From contig CAVPLM010000003.1 of the NCBI GenBank assembly GCA_963706025.1, positions 544,001 through 608,000 of the forward strand: DNA of 64,000 bases, read 5' to 3'. Positions within the stretch are counted from its first letter, which is position 1; each line of letters opens with the position of its first letter. Both the position numbers and the translations under genes were made by a program. Source of the DNA: an uncultured Actinomycetes bacterium. Its GTDB lineage: Bacteria > Actinomycetota > Thermoleophilia > RBG-16-64-13. Under the pieces are notes generated by a model that was not told the DNA's origin, made no database searches, and saw nothing but the letters and a program-made list of their open reading frames with translations. Shown one piece after another: positions 59,822 to 64,000 of the stretch.

Positions 59822-62536
59822 GTGGAAGATAGCCGGCCCGACCCCGACAAGCTTCTGGAACAACTCCAGGCTGACGAATCCCGGCTCATTCGGGGTAGTC
59901 TCAAGATCTTCTTCGGCTACGTGGCAGGTGTGGGCAAGACCTATGCCATGCTGGACGCCGCCCAGCATCTGGCGGCGGCCGGAGTCGACGTGGTCGCCGG
60001 TTACGTCGAGCCACACGGACGGCCAGAGACGGAGGTGCTCCTCGAGGGACTGGAGGTGCTGCCACCGCTCGCGGTCGAATACCGAGGCCTTACGCTACTC
60101 GAGCTAGATCTCGACGCGGCCCTGGACCGGCATCCCCAGCTGCTTCTTGTGGATGAGCTGGCGCACACCAACGCCCCCGGCCTGAGACACGCCAAGCGGT
60201 GGCAGGACGTGCAGGAGTTGCTGGACGCCGGCATCAGCATATACACGACCCTGAACGTTCAACACCTTGAGAGCCTCAACGACATCATCTCCCAGATAAC
60301 CGGCGTGCAAGTGCGCGAGACGGTCCCTGACGCGATCTTCGATAACGCGGCCTCAGTAGAGGTCGTGGACTTGCCTCCAGGAGAGCTGGTCGAACGACTG
60401 CACCAGGGCAAGGTCTACATTCCGGCTCAGGCCGAGCGCGCTGCGAAGGGTTTCTTCACCCGCCCGAACTTGGGGGCTCTCCGGGAGATCACGCTGAGGC
60501 GCACTGCCGACCGGGTCCACGCCCATTTGGAAACGACCAGACTGGCCTCCGCAGGGCCCCGGCAGACCTGGGCTATCTCCGAGACCCTGCTCGTCTGCGT
60601 GGGTCCCAGCCCCACCTCGGCCAAGGTGATCCGCAGCTCCAAGCGGATGGCGGCTTCGCTCAATGCCCGTTGGATCGCAGTAGGCGTCGAGAGTTCGCGC
60701 ACGAGGGGCCCTGAAGACCCTCGCCAGCATCAGCTCATGAACAATATCCAGTTGGCTGAACGCCTGGGGGCGGAGACGGCGACCATCACCGGCGACGACA
60801 TCGCGGAAGAGATCGTCAGCTATGCCCGCTCTCAGAGCGTCACCAAGATCGTTATCGGCAAAACAGCCGAACCGCGGTGGAAGCGCCTCCTCCGCAGGAG
60901 CATCGTGGACGACCTGCTGAAGAAGAGCGGCGACATGGACATATACGTCGTCACCGGGGGACCGCAGCCGGAACAGATCGCTCCGGCCCGGCTTAGGCGT
61001 GCGGTGGCCTGGCAAGGTTACCTCTGGGCGGTGGTAGGGATCGTCATCGCCTCTTTTGTCGCCTGGGCGTTCCAGGACATCGGACTGGCCGAGGCCAACA
61101 AAGCCATTGTGTTCCTGCTGGCCATCGCTCTTGTCGCTGCCCGCTTCGGCCTGGGCCCGGGCATCATGGCCACAGTGCTGGGAGTGTTGGCGTTTGACTT
61201 CTTCTTCGTCCCCCCATATCTGACCTTCGCGGTGGATGACACGCAGTTTGCGATCACCTTCGCGGTCATGTTGGTGGTCGCGCTCATCATCAGCACGCTG
61301 GCAGCCCGATTGCGGCGGCAAATCCAAACCGCCCGCGCCCGCGAGCGGCGGCTGGAAGCGCTCTACCGCCTGAGCCGCGAATTGTTGGCAGTCTCCGGCA
61401 CCCATCAGCTTGCTGCAACGGCCCAGCGGGAAGTGTCGGGCATATTCGGCACCGAGGCGACGATCTACCTTCCCGATGGCGAGGGCAGACTGGAACCGGT
61501 CGTCTCCACCGCAAGAACTATGGCGGCTGATTCCCGCGAGCAGGCGGTAGCGACGTGGGCATTCGATCATGGCCAGCTGGCCGGCAACGGCACCGACACG
61601 TTGCCCGATGCTGCTGCTCTGCACGTGCCGATGGTCACGCCGAGAGGCACAGCTGGAATCCTGAGTGTCGATCAGCCGGAAGGTGAGCCTCTGCTCTCGC
61701 CGGAAAACCGGCAGCTGCTGGAAACACTTGCCACCCAGATCGGGACCGCGATAGAACGAGACGAACTGGCCGACGAAACACAGAGGGCCATGCTGCAGAT
61801 CGAGAGAGAACGTCTGCGAAGCTCGCTCCTCAGTTCTGTGTCTCACGATCTGCGGACTCCATTGGCGGTGATAGCCGGTGCAAGCAGCGCTCTTCTCGAA
61901 TTGGGCGAGTCGGCGGACTTGACACGGCGGACGGGGCTGCTGGAGGAAGTGGTCGAGGAGTCGAATCGTTTGGCCCGGCTGGTCGACAATCTACTCAGTA
62001 TGACCCGCCTTGATGCCGGGGCGATCGAAGTCGAAAAACAGTGGTTCCCCCTCGAGGATGTCATCGGCTCTGCGCTGGGGCGAATGCGCAAGGAGCTGAC
62101 CGGTCGAGTGGTGAGTAAAGATCTTGCCCCCGATCTGCCCCTCATACCTTTGGACGGCGTGCTCATCGAGCAGGTCCTGGTCAACCTCTTGGAGAACGCT
62201 CTCAAGTACAGCGGCGCCGGTCTACCGCTTCACATCAGCGCTCGGGTGGAGAACGAGGGAGTGGTAGTCCGTGTGAGCGACAAAGGACCCGGCCTGGCTA
62301 AGGGCGAAGAGGAACACGTTTTTGAGAAGCTGTTCCGTGGCTCCGCATCGGCTGCCTCGGGTGAAAGAGGGGCTGGGTTGGGTCTAGCGATAGCCCGGGC
62401 CATTGTCAGTGCTCACGGCGGACGGATCTGGGCAGAGAACCGTCCCGGCGGCGGAGCGTCCTTCGGCTTCCTTCTCCCCCTGGGAGAGTCGCCACCCGAT
62501 CTCAGCGTGATCGAACAGGAGGGAGCGCAGGCGTGA
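59822..62536 (+). CDS. kdpD: Sensor histidine kinase KdpD
   Basis: GVGKTYAML, VDELAHTN, Usp domain, four TM segments, GAF, SHDLRTPL and HATPase. Confidence 0.96.
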   Translation: MEDSRPDPDKLLEQLQADESRLIRGSLKIFFGYVAGVGKTYAMLDAAQHLAAAGVDVVAGYVEPHGRPETEVLLEGLEVLPPLAVEYRGLTLLELDLDAALDRHPQLLLVDELAHTNAPGLRHAKRWQDVQELLDAGISIYTTLNVQHLESLNDIISQITGVQVRETVPDAIFDNAASVEVVDLPPGELVERLHQGKVYIPAQAERAAKGFFTRPNLGALREITLRRTADRVHAHLETTRLASAGPRQTWAISETLLVCVGPSPTSAKVIRSSKRMAASLNARWIAVGVESSRTRGPEDPRQHQLMNNIQLAERLGAETATITGDDIAEEIVSYARSQSVTKIVIGKTAEPRWKRLLRRSIVDDLLKKSGDMDIYVVTGGPQPEQIAPARLRRAVAWQGYLWAVVGIVIASFVAWAFQDIGLAEANKAIVFLLAIALVAARFGLGPGIMATVLGVLAFDFFFVPPYLTFAVDDTQFAITFAVMLVVALIISTLAARLRRQIQTARARERRLEALYRLSRELLAVSGTHQLAATAQREVSGIFGTEATIYLPDGEGRLEPVVSTARTMAADSREQAVATWAFDHGQLAGNGTDTLPDAAALHVPMVTPRGTAGILSVDQPEGEPLLSPENRQLLETLATQIGTAIERDELADETQRAMLQIERERLRSSLLSSVSHDLRTPLAVIAGASSALLELGESADLTRRTGLLEEVVEESNRLARLVDNLLSMTRLDAGAIEVEKQWFPLEDVIGSALGRMRKELTGRVVSKDLAPDLPLIPLDGVLIEQVLVNLLENALKYSGAGLPLHISARVENEGVVVRVSDKGPGLAKGEEEHVFEKLFRGSASAASGERGAGLGLAIARAIVSAHGGRIWAENRPGGGASFGFLLPLGESPPDLSVIEQEGAQA

Positions 62537-63249
62537 GCGGCGAGGAGTACGCAACGGCAACGCGCATCCTGGTCATCGAGGACGACAGTCCCATCCGGCG
62601 GTTCCTGGAAGCCGCCCTGACCAATGCCGGGTACGAAGTGGTTGAAGCCGAGACGGGGCGAATGGGACTGACCCACGTGCTCGCCCGTGTACCCGATCTC
62701 ATCGTCCTCGATCTCGGACTTCCCGATATGGATGGCATGGAGATCATCGCTCGGGTGCGCGAATGGTCGCAGGTCCCGATCATCATACTTTCGGCCCGAG
62801 GTCGCGAAGACGATAAGGTGGAGGCTCTCAATGCCGGGGCCGACGACTACCTGACCAAACCGTTCGGCGTGCCCGAGCTGCTGGCGCGCATCCGGGTCGC
62901 GCTGCGCCACGCTGCCCTCCTTGGGGCAGGCGGGCCGGGGACGCCGTCACGCTTTCAGGTGGGAGACCTCGTGGTCGACCTGGCCAGCCGGCGCGTATTC
63001 GTGAGAGAGGTCGAGGTCCACCTCACGCGACTCGAATACCGATTGCTCACCACCCTCGTCAAGAACGCAGGGAAGGTCCTCACCCACCGGTTTCTTCTCC
63101 AGGAGGTCTGGGGCCCGGGCTACATGGAGCAGACCCACTACCCCCGCATGTTCATCGCCAGCCTCAGGCGGAAGATCGAGGATGATCCGGCCGAGCCGCG
63201 CTACATTTTTACCGAACAGGGTGTGGGATATCGCCTGGTCGAAGACTGA
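62533..63249 (+). CDS. kdpE: Response regulator KdpE
   Basis: LDLGLPDMDG, GADDYLTKPF and OmpR wHTH (EVWG...LRRKIE.DP..PRY). Confidence 0.95.
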   Translation: MSGEEYATATRILVIEDDSPIRRFLEAALTNAGYEVVEAETGRMGLTHVLARVPDLIVLDLGLPDMDGMEIIARVREWSQVPIIILSARGREDDKVEALNAGADDYLTKPFGVPELLARIRVALRHAALLGAGGPGTPSRFQVGDLVVDLASRRVFVREVEVHLTRLEYRLLTTLVKNAGKVLTHRFLLQEVWGPGYMEQTHYPRMFIASLRRKIEDDPAEPRYIFTEQGVGYRLVED

Positions 63250-63338
63250 CGAACCCTGGGGCCTGCCGCCGGCCTCGCCTGTTTCCCTCGCGACCCGGAA
63301 GCTCCGCGGCGCTACTCCTCTCCGAGGCCGGCCCTCTC

Positions 63339-64000
63339 TCAGTCGTTCGCCAGCAGGTGCATCAGGGAAGAGGTATCCCAGCGCCCGCCGCCCCGCGCCT
63401 GCACCTGGGCGTAGAACTGGTCGATGAGGGCCGTGGCCGGCAGGCGGGCGCCGTTCTGGTTCGCCTCCTCGAGGATCATAAGGAGATCCTTGCGCATCCA
63501 GTCGACCGCGAAGCCGAAGCCGTCGAACTTCACCTCGTCCATCGCCTTCCAGCGGTTCTCCATCTGCCAGGATTGGGCCGCGCCCTTGGAAAGAACGCCG
63601 ATCACCTTCTCCATGTCCAGCCCCGCTCGCCTGCCGAAGTTGATCGCCTCCGCCAGTCCCTGCACCAGGCCGGCGATCGCGATCTGGTTGACCATCTTGG
63701 TGAGCTGCCCACTGCCCGCCGGGCCGATCAGCGTACACGCCTTGGCGTATAAGTCGAGCACCACCTTGGCCCTGGCGAAGGTCCCTTCGTCGCCGCCACA
63801 CATGATCCCGAGCCGGCCGTCGATCGCGCCGATCTGGCCGCCCGAGACCGGCGCGTCGATGAAGCCCATGCCCTTCTCCTTGCACGCCGCGTCGAGCTCC
63901 CGCGCGATGGTCGCCGAGGCCGTGGTGTGATCGACAAGGATGGCGCCCTCTTTCATGTCGGCCAGGGCGCCGTCGGCTCCGTATACCACCGAGCGGATGT
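63339..64000 (-). CDS. NAD(P)-dependent beta-hydroxyacid dehydrogenase (3-hydroxyisobutyrate/tartronate-semialdehyde family); 5' end beyond window
   Basis: VDHTT, FIDAPVSGG, GSGQLTKMVNQ and MRKDL. Confidence 0.88.
   Translation of the reverse strand, partial: IRSVVYGADGALADMKEGAILVDHTTASATIARELDAACKEKGMGFIDAPVSGGQIGAIDGRLGIMCGGDEGTFARAKVVLDLYAKACTLIGPAGSGQLTKMVNQIAIAGLVQGLAEAINFGRRAGLDMEKVIGVLSKGAAQSWQMENRWKAMDEVKFDGFGFAVDWMRKDLLMILEEANQNGARLPATALIDQFYAQVQARGGGRWDTSSLMHLLAND

Overview
High-GC bacterial DNA, most consistent with an anaerobic or facultative member of the Actinomycetota, possibly Thermoleophilia-like (inference from the anti-anti-sigma/topA/tmk/holB/tRNA-Thr order and the SLH and Thr-rich surface proteins). 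1-18.1 kb is core genome: nuoLMN, an amidohydrolase, MFS, an SLH-deacetylase, TPR, STAS, an archaeal-looking topA, tmk, holB, ricT-like and tRNA-Thr(CGT). An accessory island begins directly after the tRNA. Its main part (18.3-42.1 kb) is two divergent operons around an IclR gene, driven by two near-identical ~90-bp promoter/leader copies. The left arm has an acetoin/pyruvate-dehydrogenase-type E1a-E1b-E2-E3, an archaeal class II GAPDH and an archaeal-type PGK. The right arm has a polyamine-type ABC importer, an Fe-S old-yellow-enzyme, a VOC protein, a ketosteroid-isomerase-like NTF2 protein, a W/Mo aldehyde:ferredoxin oxidoreductase, a three-gene corrinoid methyl-transfer module, a split transketolase with an altered substrate pocket and a truncated MoaD. 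I do not recognise this combination as a described pathway; it is the best candidate for a novel system, an anaerobic catabolic route for an unknown methylated substrate. 42-48 kb is decayed defence/TA-type material (hsdM relic, two Fic genes, a DUF4143-type ATPase, a split TPR gene). 48-53.5 kb is a carnitine-type cluster in which an ADP-forming acyl-CoA ligase appears instead of the usual thioesterase. The window ends with usp, a PIN TA pair, kdpFABCDE and a partial beta-hydroxyacid dehydrogenase. About a dozen frameshifts are probably sequencing errors. All family calls come from motif recognition by eye; no searches were run.
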